In this document: positions 8,182-17,247 of the stretch, piece after piece
Layout: each line of letters begins with the position of its first letter
How positions within the stretch are numbered: the stretch's first letter is position 1
From: a virus
DNA: 64,000 nt
Reading direction: 5' to 3' (one strand)
Virus record (IMG/VR): IMGVR_UViG_3300044641_010298
Span: 1-64,000 of that record
Notes under the pieces: model-generated
Told to the model about the DNA's origin: nothing
Database searches by the model: none
What the model saw: the letters and a program-made list of their open reading frames with translations, nothing else
Translations under genes and position numbers: made by a program

Positions 8182-9528
8182 TTACTTGATACCGGCTAGG
8201 ATTGCCCAGCGATCAACCTCGCCTGCACCGCTCATTCGGGCAGAAGCTGAGGTTGTGGGGCGAGATGCCAGACCGGCTGTGTGCCTGACTGACTCATTGA
8301 GAGACTCATTCTTCTTTGTGATTGAAGTGGAGAGGCTCTCATAAAGCAACTTGGCCTCGCGAAGGTTGGCTGCGCCGTCAAGTGCCTCGATGATTGCGCG
8401 ACGTTGATTAGGTGCAACGTCCTTGTTCTGGAGGATCTTGTTGACGTAAAGAAGCTTTGCGTTGAACAAGTTGAGATCGGAAAGTTGCTCACGAAGCGTT
8501 TCAACTGCGCCTCTGTAATCATTGAGCTGCTGCTTGAGTGCACGATTCTCCCGTGCCTCTTTCATAAGTTTAGACTTGACATCGCCATGCTTGTTCATGT
8601 CAACATCAAGTACATCACCTTCAAGTGTTCCGCCGCCGAAAGAATCAGCAGCGTGCTGGTGTGAAGACTTGTGATTGCCTGGGGCCTTCTTGGACTTGGC
8701 CTCGCGAAGACGAGCAAGCTCGCGACGGAGCATGTTCTCGTCTATCTCGTAGACGGCCTCAGCCATCTCGCCACCCTCTTCTCCGGCAGCAGCAGCGGCG
8801 GCATCCTCAGCAGACTCTTCGCTGCCGACCTCAACCTCTTCTTCCTCCGCTCCTGCCTCTTCCTCGAATTCGACGCCGGAGATGCCAAGCTTTTCAAAAG
8901 CCTCTCTCTCCTCTGCAGAACCGACGAGCTTTAGAACAGCTTCCTCGAGCTCATCTTCGTCATCGTACATCATCTCGTCAAGCTCGTAGAGATCTTCGTC
9001 TACTTCCTCTTCCTTGTGTCTCATGCCTTTTTCTCCAATTTTTGCGTTTTTTGGTTTCATTTCACTAATAACAGCGTCTCTGAGATCATCGAGATCAATC
9101 TCGTATGCATCGTCAGCATCGCCCATTGCGCGTTCAGCGAGCTGATTAGGATCATTTAGTAGACTGAGAAGAGCACTGCGATCAGCCTCGCTTAACGATC
9201 CAACAGCACGATCAACAGCAGTGTGATCTGCGTTATCGGTCTTTTTTCCAGAACCAGACATGAGATTCACAAGCGAGCTTAGCGCAGACTCGTCAAGAGT
9301 CACATCTTCATCATCATCATCAGCTTTCTCACCTTCATCAATTGAAAGCGCCTCGTTAAGAAAGTCCCCACTCTCATCGTCAGGATTTCCTCCAACAAGC
9401 TGCTTTTCAATAAATTCTCTGATTCTTGGTGTGACTGCCTCTATTATCGCATTCTTTGCGTTCTGCTCAGCTGCTTCTCTTAGCAGCTTCGCATCTGCGA
9501 TTGCCTCTTCGAATAGAGATTTCGACAT
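8182..9528 (-). CDS. Prohead core/scaffold protein (gp22-like position)
   Basis: Very acidic, coiled-coil, directly upstream of the capsid gene; LNLFNAKLLYVNK and C-terminal RWAILAGIK. Confidence 0.75.
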   Translation of the reverse strand: MSKSLFEEAIADAKLLREAAEQNAKNAIIEAVTPRIREFIEKQLVGGNPDDESGDFLNEALSIDEGEKADDDDEDVTLDESALSSLVNLMSGSGKKTDNADHTAVDRAVGSLSEADRSALLSLLNDPNQLAERAMGDADDAYEIDLDDLRDAVISEMKPKNAKIGEKGMRHKEEEVDEDLYELDEMMYDDEDELEEAVLKLVGSAEEREAFEKLGISGVEFEEEAGAEEEEVEVGSEESAEDAAAAAAGEEGGEMAEAVYEIDENMLRRELARLREAKSKKAPGNHKSSHQHAADSFGGGTLEGDVLDVDMNKHGDVKSKLMKEARENRALKQQLNDYRGAVETLREQLSDLNLFNAKLLYVNKILQNKDVAPNQRRAIIEALDGAANLREAKLLYESLSTSITKKNESLNESVRHTAGLASRPTTSASARMSGAGEVDRWAILAGIK

Positions 9529-9585
9529 GCGCTTAGTTTCCTTACTTGCTGAAAGTATCTATTACCCAGTCTTTGATTGTTCCGA

Positions 9586-10119
9586 CTATTTAATTCGAGA
9601 TATTTTTAGGTTTCTTTTTACTCTCTCTCTTACGCTGGGGTCGATCACATCCATGAATCTCATGGGTGCCTCTGGGCCTGGCAAAAGTGGAGAAAGCGCA
9701 CCCTTTGTCCATCCATAGGGAGATCCGTCGATTCTTCCTGGCGCAACTGTGTACGAAGGATTGGAAGATGAACCACCGATTGCAGGTCCGTCAAACTTTC
9801 TCATTGGAAAAGGAACAAGACCAGAGAGAGTTGTCCTGGGCGTATCATTTTCAGCAAGATTCAACCTGTTCTTTGCAACTGTGAACCTATCTGTTCTGCT
9901 GTACGTCTCGGGAGGTCTAGCTAGATTTCCGTAGCTAAGGCGCTTATTGACTGCTGCTCGAAGGTCTAGTTCATCATCATCTAGATCTTCATCGTCTCTA
10001 TCACCTTCTTCGCTATATGGAAACGTGTTTCCAGCTGTTGTCGGGTGACTTTGAAATCCTTTTCTACCGGTGTACCCGTATCCGGCGCCCTGTCTAGGAT
10101 CATGTACGAGACGAGGCAT
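9586..10119 (-). CDS. Hypothetical head-module protein
   Basis: 177-aa ORF in the head operon, coupled (TAATG) to the upstream gene. Confidence 0.7.
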   Translation of the reverse strand: MPRLVHDPRQGAGYGYTGRKGFQSHPTTAGNTFPYSEEGDRDDEDLDDDELDLRAAVNKRLSYGNLARPPETYSRTDRFTVAKNRLNLAENDTPRTTLSGLVPFPMRKFDGPAIGGSSSNPSYTVAPGRIDGSPYGWTKGALSPLLPGPEAPMRFMDVIDPSVRERVKRNLKISRIK

Positions 10120-10649
10120 TAGGTGCGACCATCAGAACCTAGATAAGATCTTCCCAGTATGTAAGATCCGATCGTCTGCGATGCTATCTTGGATGTTGTC
10201 TCAGAAGGAGAAACAGCACCTAGTCCAGATCCAAATTGCTCACCCTTATCTGCAACAGTGCCAAGATACTCAGGCTGATCCTGGGGGAGAACGCTTCCCG
10301 GACCAGGAGAAGCAGGGTTTGGTACGAAAGGAGATGCAGGCTTTCCTTCGCCGCCTGTCTCAACTGTTGCAAGATCAGGTGTTCCCGGGAAGTTTAGATC
10401 AAAAGTTCCAAACATGTAACCAGCGTCATTTATGACACCGCCTGCGACTCCAATGTTCGGAATTGAATCTCCTGGCCCACCATTTCCATTCAGGGCAGAG
10501 ATTGCGGCATTTTTTACAGCTTCTTCGCTGTATGTAGTACCAACGGGGGTCGCAAACATCGCAGAGATGTTTACATCATTGCGATGCCCGAGACCTCCTA
10601 GTCCTGGAACTCCTTGCGGCACCACAGTTGCAAACTTAACTGATGACAT
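10119..10649 (-). CDS. Gly/Pro-rich putative virion (head) protein
   Basis: 176-aa ORF, PASPFVPNPASPGPGS, SD AGGGGG upstream. Confidence 0.7.
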   Translation of the reverse strand: MSSVKFATVVPQGVPGLGGLGHRNDVNISAMFATPVGTTYSEEAVKNAAISALNGNGGPGDSIPNIGVAGGVINDAGYMFGTFDLNFPGTPDLATVETGGEGKPASPFVPNPASPGPGSVLPQDQPEYLGTVADKGEQFGSGLGAVSPSETTSKIASQTIGSYILGRSYLGSDGRT

Positions 10650-10676
10650 TGCGACCCCCTATTTGTTTTTGAAAAA

Positions 10677-11003
10677 TCAGATCTTGCTGATGATCTGCTT
10701 GCGAACTGCCAGGCGACGCTCCTGGAGGCGCTTGAGTCGATTGCGAAGAATCTCCTCCTGCTCTCTCAGGTCCTGGAGCTCGTGCATTTCCTTCATGGTA
10801 GCACCGGCGCCCATCGGCTTGTCACCGGGCTTGTAGCTCTTAGCAGCGGGAGGCTTTGCATTGTGCCAGCTCTCCTCATCCATCTCCATCTGGAGATCCT
10901 TGAGTGCCTTCTTGTCAAGAGGCTTCGCTTGCTTTGTCTCGATCTTCTTTTTCTCCTCAAGAACAATTCTGCGGAGACGATCTGGTGTAAGTCTAATTGC
11001 CAT
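10677..11003 (-). CDS. Small coiled-coil head-module protein
   Basis: ORF track gives 10677..11015; likely start MAIRLTPDRLRRIVLEE at 11003; strong codon bias. Confidence 0.7.
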   Translation of the reverse strand: MAIRLTPDRLRRIVLEEKKKIETKQAKPLDKKALKDLQMEMDEESWHNAKPPAAKSYKPGDKPMGAGATMKEMHELQDLREQEEILRNRLKRLQERRLAVRKQIISKI

Positions 11004-11042
11004 GTTAAACCCCATTGGTTACACTGTTACTTATTACGTTGC

Positions 11043-11531
11043 TTATGATCTTGACGGAATTTTCTCTGAAAATGCTAGCGCCGCCCACTTGGATGCACTG
11101 TCTCCAAATATATCTGACGGGTCGCTTCTAAGCATTGTCTTCGCAGCAACATCGCCTGCTGTTGCAATCATCTGTTCGTGGTTTGCACCAGAAGATGATT
11201 CGTTCATGTTTCTATGCGCACCTGTTCGGGCTGTATCAGCAAATATCTCAGCCAGGACAGGATCTGACGTTAGAGATTTTGCAAGTCCCTGTCCCTGATC
11301 TGGGAATCCTCTCTGGCTTGTTCGACCAATGTCTGCCTTGTTTGGCAAAAAGCTAATCTTGTCTGCGATGTTTGGTCGTGCAGCAGGCACTGCTCTTTGC
11401 TCTTGAACCTGTCTTGGGCTTGCCTGCCTAGATTCATTTATTGTCTTCTGTGTGCTTACCAAGCCTTCAGACAATATTTCAACCAAGCACTCTTTGACGA
11501 TCATTTTCAGATCTTGCTTAGTCATTTTCAT
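11043..11531 (-). CDS. Hypothetical head-module protein
   Basis: 162 aa, N-terminus MKMTKQDLKMIVKECLVEILSEG, directly after the prohead protease. Confidence 0.75.
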   Translation of the reverse strand: MKMTKQDLKMIVKECLVEILSEGLVSTQKTINESRQASPRQVQEQRAVPAARPNIADKISFLPNKADIGRTSQRGFPDQGQGLAKSLTSDPVLAEIFADTARTGAHRNMNESSSGANHEQMIATAGDVAAKTMLRSDPSDIFGDSASKWAALAFSEKIPSRS

Positions 11532-11534
11532 TTT

Positions 11535-12140
11535 TTACTTCCACTGATTGATATCATTGAAAATTCTATTGATTCTGTCAGACTTATTAAAGGTCGCACG
11601 CAAGTCCGTTGGAGTAATTCTTCTAGATTCTTTGATCATGAATGCTCCGGGCGTGCTAGGCTCAGATACGATGTCAAAGCAGATGAGCTGGAAATCCTCC
11701 TGGACAACCAGGTTTCCGTTTTGCTGCTTCGTGGATCCGACGCCTCGACTAGAGATGCCAAGGGTCACGCCTGATTCAATCAAGCTTTGTAGAATTTTTC
11801 CGCTCGGTGTGTCAAGAAGCTCAACAGATCCATAGACTGTATCACCTTCCATTCTTGCCTCTCGGACAATATGTGATGCATTCTTGAGCTCAACAACAGA
11901 CGTATCTGGGTGATCACACTCACCAAGGGCGCGGTTCTCTTTGATGAATTTCTGATAATTTATGATCTCTCTCTCAAGGATGGCGCGAGGATAAACTCTT
12001 CCATTTTGATTAAGAGTGTCTGAGCGCTGGATCACGCCTCGTAGCATGATCTTTCCGCCATTTTGTATGCGAGACTCCTTGACAAGTGCAGGATTAATCG
12101 ATAACGGAGTCCACTCGGTTAGAAGTGAAAGATTACTCAT
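11535..12140 (-). CDS. gp21: Prohead core protein protease, T4 gp21-like
   Basis: NQNGRVYP, ALGECDHP (catalytic His), LGISSRGVGS (catalytic Ser), FDIVSEPSTPGA. Confidence 0.95.
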   Translation of the reverse strand: MSNLSLLTEWTPLSINPALVKESRIQNGGKIMLRGVIQRSDTLNQNGRVYPRAILEREIINYQKFIKENRALGECDHPDTSVVELKNASHIVREARMEGDTVYGSVELLDTPSGKILQSLIESGVTLGISSRGVGSTKQQNGNLVVQEDFQLICFDIVSEPSTPGAFMIKESRRITPTDLRATFNKSDRINRIFNDINQWK

Positions 12141-12997
12141 TGTGCCTCCCTGGACTCTTCAATTAGCTGCGATAGAGTCATTAGCTTGCTTAGCTTATCA
12201 TCATCAAGGGATGAAAGGTCAAGAGATGAGACCCTAGACCGGATCCCTTTGATGTTTTCCTGGATTATTTGATTCTTTTCCGTCTTCTCAATTAGATCGA
12301 GTGACCTAATTGATTCTTCCTTTATTCTTTGTGCCCGGAGAACCATCTGCTCGCTAGGCCCGTCATTTGTTCTCATCACAACGTAGTCTCTAATGAGTCC
12401 ACGCTGGTCATCTGTGAGTGTGCCTGCATACTTCTTGTTGAATTTTTCGCTAAGAATCTTGACAACGAGAGGATCGACGCTTGAATCTCTAGCCTCCTCC
12501 TCGATGATCGGCTCTTCAGGCCTCTTTAGCATCTCTACAAGCTTTGTCTCAACAATTACTGTCTTAGAAAGGTCAGATCTATCGCCGAGATACCACTCGT
12601 TTAATGCTGTCTGAATCGTTGCAAGATCCCGATAATTTGTGATTCTTCTATGGAAAAAGCTCTCATCATTAAGCACGTGATTTATGTCTCTGATGAGAAG
12701 AGACTTCTCTTTGTCTAGGACTGCGTGATTAATTCTTCGAGCAGCAGACTTCGTCTCAGTTAATATGACAGCTGAAATTGCAGAATCTGTCACTCTTGTC
12801 TTTGCAAGCGCATTGAAGAGCCTAAATTCCTTGAAGAGCTCAGTGTCCTTTGAGAATTTTGCAGAGATTATGTCAAGTGCTGATTGTGCTTTGTCTTTCT
12901 TTCCCTCAATGAGGTAAGAAGAAACTGCTCTCAACAGGAGCTCGTATACGATTCCTACATTTCTTTTCTTATTATGACTAATGTTCACAGGATTCAT
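12137..12997 (-). CDS. Hypothetical helical protein between portal and protease
   Basis: 286 aa, HNKKRNVGIVYELL; ATGA overlaps with both neighbours. Confidence 0.8.
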   Translation of the reverse strand: MNPVNISHNKKRNVGIVYELLLRAVSSYLIEGKKDKAQSALDIISAKFSKDTELFKEFRLFNALAKTRVTDSAISAVILTETKSAARRINHAVLDKEKSLLIRDINHVLNDESFFHRRITNYRDLATIQTALNEWYLGDRSDLSKTVIVETKLVEMLKRPEEPIIEEEARDSSVDPLVVKILSEKFNKKYAGTLTDDQRGLIRDYVVMRTNDGPSEQMVLRAQRIKEESIRSLDLIEKTEKNQIIQENIKGIRSRVSSLDLSSLDDDKLSKLMTLSQLIEESREAQ

Positions 12998-15009
12998 TTT
13001 TCCTCCTCTGATGTATTGGACTCAGAGCTGATACTGTTTAGTGACTTTAGTAGGCTCTTGTATTCCTTGTCTCTTTTTTCTGTGTCGACAATCTTATTGT
13101 TTAAATAATCATCAACAAAGCTGTCAGACTCATCAACCTTAAATTTATGAGCATTTTTTAGAGGATTGATGAGATCTTGCTTCTCTCCAAACGGATGTGC
13201 TATCGAGTCTCGTGGATCTTTTTTGTCTGACTTAACCATGTCATTATGGTGTGTGCGAGTCCCAATAGATCCGACCATCTTTCTTCTAGACCTATTGTAG
13301 ATCTCGCGCTCTGTGTAATCGGGACCAATTTTTGTTTTTTCATCAAGTAGATGTCTATTGACATTACCCGGCCTTGCTAGGCCTGCAAAAGCACGAAGTG
13401 GAAGACCCTTTGCAGAGGCTATCTTGTTTAGATCTATCTCTGGTTCATCGTCAAGCTCAGCGACCGACGGGAGCTTGAAAGGGTTTCTAGTGTCAGAAGC
13501 TGTTAGAGGACCAGGTCCTGTCTCGCTTCCAAGATCTAGACCGCCCTTCTCTTCGGGAGGAGGTGCCCCTTCTTCGCCTTCTTTTCCTCCTCCGGATGCT
13601 GGTTCCGGTAGCTTAACAGCCTCAATCTTGAGGGAGAACTCCTTGTCCTTGATTATTCCCTTCTCTATGGCGTCGATCTCCTCGTCTGGCATCATGAATA
13701 CGTTCTTTCTAATCCAGTTTGTATCAACAAGATTTTCAACGTTCTTTGCTGCCTGTGAGATAGTAAACTTGGTGTTGTAGAGCTCAAGCTTCTGCTGCTG
13801 CGCGATAGTTGAAGGATTTGTGAGCTTGAGATCAAAATCAAGGAGGTCGTGACCATCAAAACCGTTGCAGTAAAGATGCACAATTGCAAGCTTATTTAGC
13901 TCAGAGATGATAGTTCTCTGGATTCTGCTAATTGACCTGGAGAATCTAATATCTTCTTGTGAGAGCGTCGCTTTTGCGCCAAGACCTTCGTCATACCCCA
14001 GGTATGCCTTCGGTATCTTGAGTGCTGCAAACAGCTTCTTCTGGATGTACTGGACGTCTTCGATTGCAGCAGCGTTTGTACCTCCTGTCAGATTCTCAAC
14101 CTTGGTGCCAGACTGACCGCCTCTAACAGGAATGAAGTAGTCCTCGTCGACAGACATTGGATTGTACCTGAGATCTACACGCCCTGTTGATCTGTCAATT
14201 ACCTGATTCTTCTTGAGCGTGGACTGTGCCTGCTCCATGTAGTTTGGAATCTCTTCAGGAGGCACATTTCCAACGTCAACGTAGAAGACTCTGCGATCCG
14301 GTGCACGAATAATCCTATAGACGAGCATTGCGTCTTCAACCAGGATCATCTGTCTCCAGATTCTTCTGGCAGCTTCTAGGACTGATGTTCCGTATGGCAA
14401 AAATGCATCATTGCCAAGGAGCCTGAAATGAGATACTTGCCAATTCTGGAGAGTCTGATTTCCCTGGGTTACCCACCTGTATCTGACCGCAAGCGGATCT
14501 TCTCTATCAAATCCCTCCTCTCGCTCGATCTCGTTAACAGCAATTGGAAACACGTTGACAACGCCGTGCTCTGGAGAGACATCGTTAAACAAAAAGAAGT
14601 CTCCGTACTTACACATGTTCCTGACCCATGAGGTCATATTGAAGTTAACGTTCAGGGTATCAAAGAAGAGCTCGTTTAGAAGTCTCTGTATCTCAGCATT
14701 CTCTGAGTAGATGTGGAGAACGTTTCCCTTCTCGTCTGGCGAGACTGTCTCTTCGGAGTAAATGTCGAGAGCGCTTGCGATCTCAGGTGTATATTCCATC
14801 TCTTGGAAATCTGAGTATCTTGCCATGCGATCATAAGCACCGTAGGCGCTCATTGCTGTGCTGTAGACGTTACTTTGAGTCTTCCTGAATAGCTCGTATG
14901 CAGACGTGCTTACGTCGCTCGGCTTGAATTCTCTTACTCTTCTCTTAACGACTGGTCCGCTTCTGAACAGCGTTGTCAGCCGATTGAAGATGTTCTCATT
15001 TTTTGCCAT
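12994..15009 (-). CDS. gp20: Portal protein, T4 gp20-like, with C-terminal extension
   Basis: EDAMLVYRIIRAPDRRVFYVDVGN, EDYFIPVRGG, YIQKKLFAALKIPK, EDIRFSRSISRIQ. Confidence 0.95.
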   Translation of the reverse strand: MAKNENIFNRLTTLFRSGPVVKRRVREFKPSDVSTSAYELFRKTQSNVYSTAMSAYGAYDRMARYSDFQEMEYTPEIASALDIYSEETVSPDEKGNVLHIYSENAEIQRLLNELFFDTLNVNFNMTSWVRNMCKYGDFFLFNDVSPEHGVVNVFPIAVNEIEREEGFDREDPLAVRYRWVTQGNQTLQNWQVSHFRLLGNDAFLPYGTSVLEAARRIWRQMILVEDAMLVYRIIRAPDRRVFYVDVGNVPPEEIPNYMEQAQSTLKKNQVIDRSTGRVDLRYNPMSVDEDYFIPVRGGQSGTKVENLTGGTNAAAIEDVQYIQKKLFAALKIPKAYLGYDEGLGAKATLSQEDIRFSRSISRIQRTIISELNKLAIVHLYCNGFDGHDLLDFDLKLTNPSTIAQQQKLELYNTKFTISQAAKNVENLVDTNWIRKNVFMMPDEEIDAIEKGIIKDKEFSLKIEAVKLPEPASGGGKEGEEGAPPPEEKGGLDLGSETGPGPLTASDTRNPFKLPSVAELDDEPEIDLNKIASAKGLPLRAFAGLARPGNVNRHLLDEKTKIGPDYTEREIYNRSRRKMVGSIGTRTHHNDMVKSDKKDPRDSIAHPFGEKQDLINPLKNAHKFKVDESDSFVDDYLNNKIVDTEKRDKEYKSLLKSLNSISSESNTSEEEK

Positions 15010-15012
15010 ATT

Positions 15013-16623
15013 TTAACCCCTGTAGATCCATGCAAATTCTGGTGGAATCATTCCTGGCTGGCGACTTACGCCTCCAGTTACAAGATCCCGCTTGGCTTGC
15101 ACGTTCTTTATGTGTTCGTTCCTGATAATACTATTCGCTGCGCCGTTAAAGTGATTAGTATTTACTGACATTCCTGCCAACATGGCTCTATTTAGTGCGC
15201 TAGAGTCTCGAGAATGATCAGCAGATGCGTCATAAAGCCAGGATCCAATCGCAAGAGACATCACAAGATCGTCATTTTCACCTTTCATTGCAGACACTCT
15301 ATTGTCCTGCCAGACAAATGTCTTCAACTCATCGTAGAATCTCGATGAATACGTGATAAGTTGCTTATTTCTGATAACCTCTTCGAGCTTTGTCAGGATG
15401 AGTCCGCGGGTCTTTCCGCTGGTATTGAACCCAGCTGTTTCTGTGCTTCCCGGCGGGATGTAATCTCCGATGTAGACTGCTGAATTCTTTTGGTAATACA
15501 TCTTGGGGTAGTTTAGATCCCTGAGCCTGATGATTGTTGCATACCCATAGGTGTTATTCTCTGGGCAGAGCAAAGCTTTGTTGTACATCATTGCAAACTC
15601 GTACAGCAGATCACCAAATCTATCGGGCGCCACCTTTCCTCTGTACTCTGCGACAACTTCGCCTGTGGTTAGATCTATAACGTGAAACGTTGAGTAGTCC
15701 TTGCCGTCACCCCTGGCTACGTCTGCAGATACAACATATTTGTTCTCTGATAAGGGATACTTCCAAATCCAGACATTTCTATCGTGTCCTCTTCTCTCTA
15801 TTGGGCTTCGAATATTCGAGTAAACCCACTTAAGCTCGTCTTCTCCGAGGAATGTCTCACCAGATGATGCAAAGTCGCAGAGAAGCTCTTGTGCGACCTG
15901 ACGAGGAGACATATTTCTTGTCTCTTTCTCAAACCACTCTTGGTCTCTCTCTGGATGAACATCCCAGTTGAGCTTAATTGCTTTGAATTCGTTTTGTCCC
16001 GATTCAGCATCTTTGTAGAGCTTGTAATATTGTCCACCAACTCCGTTTGGAGTTGAAAGAACAATGGCACGGCCACCTGTCGAGAGTGTAGGATACAGTC
16101 CAGTCCAGAGCGTGTCAAAGTCTCTAACGAATGCAGCCTCATCAACGATGAGAAGAGATAGAGACTCAGATCGTCCTGCATCCTCAGAGGTTGGAATTGC
16201 CTTAATAGAGGATCCATGGCTGAATTCGACGAATTGCTTGTTATCCGCAGTAACTCTTGGCAATACAAGCCAGGGTGGCAAGTTTTTGATTATTGTCTTT
16301 GACTTCTTGATGAAGTTCTGTGCAACCTGCAACTTTGTTGCAATAATCAGGATGTTTTTATCTTTCTGGAATAGAGCAAGCCATACAGCATAAGCAGCAA
16401 CTAGCGTTGAGAGTCCCAGCTGCCTTCCCTTGACAACGATTGTGAATCTGTTGTCAATGAAGTCTTTTACGCAATCATCTTGAAATGGATACGTCTTGAA
16501 AGGAAGCAGACCTCTTGTCGGGTGCTGGATCTTGACGTAGTTATTGAAGAAATAGACAGGATCCTTGCCGCACCTTATAATTTCCTGTACTTGTTTTGTC
16601 TTCTGCGGCGTAGCGACTGACAT
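15013..16623 (-). CDS. gp17: Terminase large subunit, T4 gp17-like
   Basis: DPVYF, Walker A KGRQLGLST, Walker B LLIVDEAAF, STPNG; nuclease ADVARGDGKDYS and DDLVMS. Confidence 0.96.
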   Translation of the reverse strand: MSVATPQKTKQVQEIIRCGKDPVYFFNNYVKIQHPTRGLLPFKTYPFQDDCVKDFIDNRFTIVVKGRQLGLSTLVAAYAVWLALFQKDKNILIIATKLQVAQNFIKKSKTIIKNLPPWLVLPRVTADNKQFVEFSHGSSIKAIPTSEDAGRSESLSLLIVDEAAFVRDFDTLWTGLYPTLSTGGRAIVLSTPNGVGGQYYKLYKDAESGQNEFKAIKLNWDVHPERDQEWFEKETRNMSPRQVAQELLCDFASSGETFLGEDELKWVYSNIRSPIERRGHDRNVWIWKYPLSENKYVVSADVARGDGKDYSTFHVIDLTTGEVVAEYRGKVAPDRFGDLLYEFAMMYNKALLCPENNTYGYATIIRLRDLNYPKMYYQKNSAVYIGDYIPPGSTETAGFNTSGKTRGLILTKLEEVIRNKQLITYSSRFYDELKTFVWQDNRVSAMKGENDDLVMSLAIGSWLYDASADHSRDSSALNRAMLAGMSVNTNHFNGAANSIIRNEHIKNVQAKRDLVTGGVSRQPGMIPPEFAWIYRG

Positions 16624-17006
16624 TAGCCACCAATCTTACACGAGGTCTTTCTCCTGTAGTATGCAGTGCGCTTTGGATTGTGAGGTGACATAGAGATCAT
16701 CTCAATCGAGTCATCAGACATTATCTCTTTGAGGCCAAGCTTTCTGCCTGCAACTGCCTTGAAAGAATCCTCAACAGACTTTATTTTTTCCTTGATCTTG
16801 GCAATTGACTCCTCTTCTTGCTTTCTCACCTGATCCCTGGGATTGATTCCCATGACAATATTGCATATTGTTGAGTAGGTGAAAATTATTACGTCTCCTT
16901 GCAGTGTGTATTTAATTGAGCACGTTGGTGACACCACTGTGGAGCTGGCACCGTAAGTATCATTTAAAATCTGCCCTAAGATATTGACTTCCTGCATGCT
17001 AAGCAT
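16623..17006 (-). CDS. Hypothetical protein
   Basis: 127-aa ORF translationally coupled to terminase. Confidence 0.75.
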   Translation of the reverse strand: MLSMQEVNILGQILNDTYGASSTVVSPTCSIKYTLQGDVIIFTYSTICNIVMGINPRDQVRKQEEESIAKIKEKIKSVEDSFKAVAGRKLGLKEIMSDDSIEMISMSPHNPKRTAYYRRKTSCKIGG

Positions 17007-17247
17007 TGTAACCCCTAGATCGCCTTAAAAGGCGAATTCTTTCTTCAATATACATATCTATCTGCTCTTGGGATGGTCTCCACCCTTTCTTCCAGTCCTC
17101 CTGCCTTGCTTCGACAAGCGTAGTAGCACACTCTTGACACATTTTGAACTTCTCAAAATACATCCAGTCTCTGCTTGCGTCGTGTGGAAATTCACACACT
17201 TCGCAAAAGAATGGAATACTGCTAACAGGAGACTCTTGCAAATCCAT
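16999..17247 (-). CDS. Small CxxC-CxxC zinc-finger protein
   Basis: CEVC...CQEC, WKKGWRP; ORF track start 17265 (TTG), likely ATG at 17247. Confidence 0.65.
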   Translation of the reverse strand: MDLQESPVSSIPFFCEVCEFPHDASRDWMYFEKFKMCQECATTLVEARQEDWKKGWRPSQEQIDMYIEERIRLLRRSRGYNA

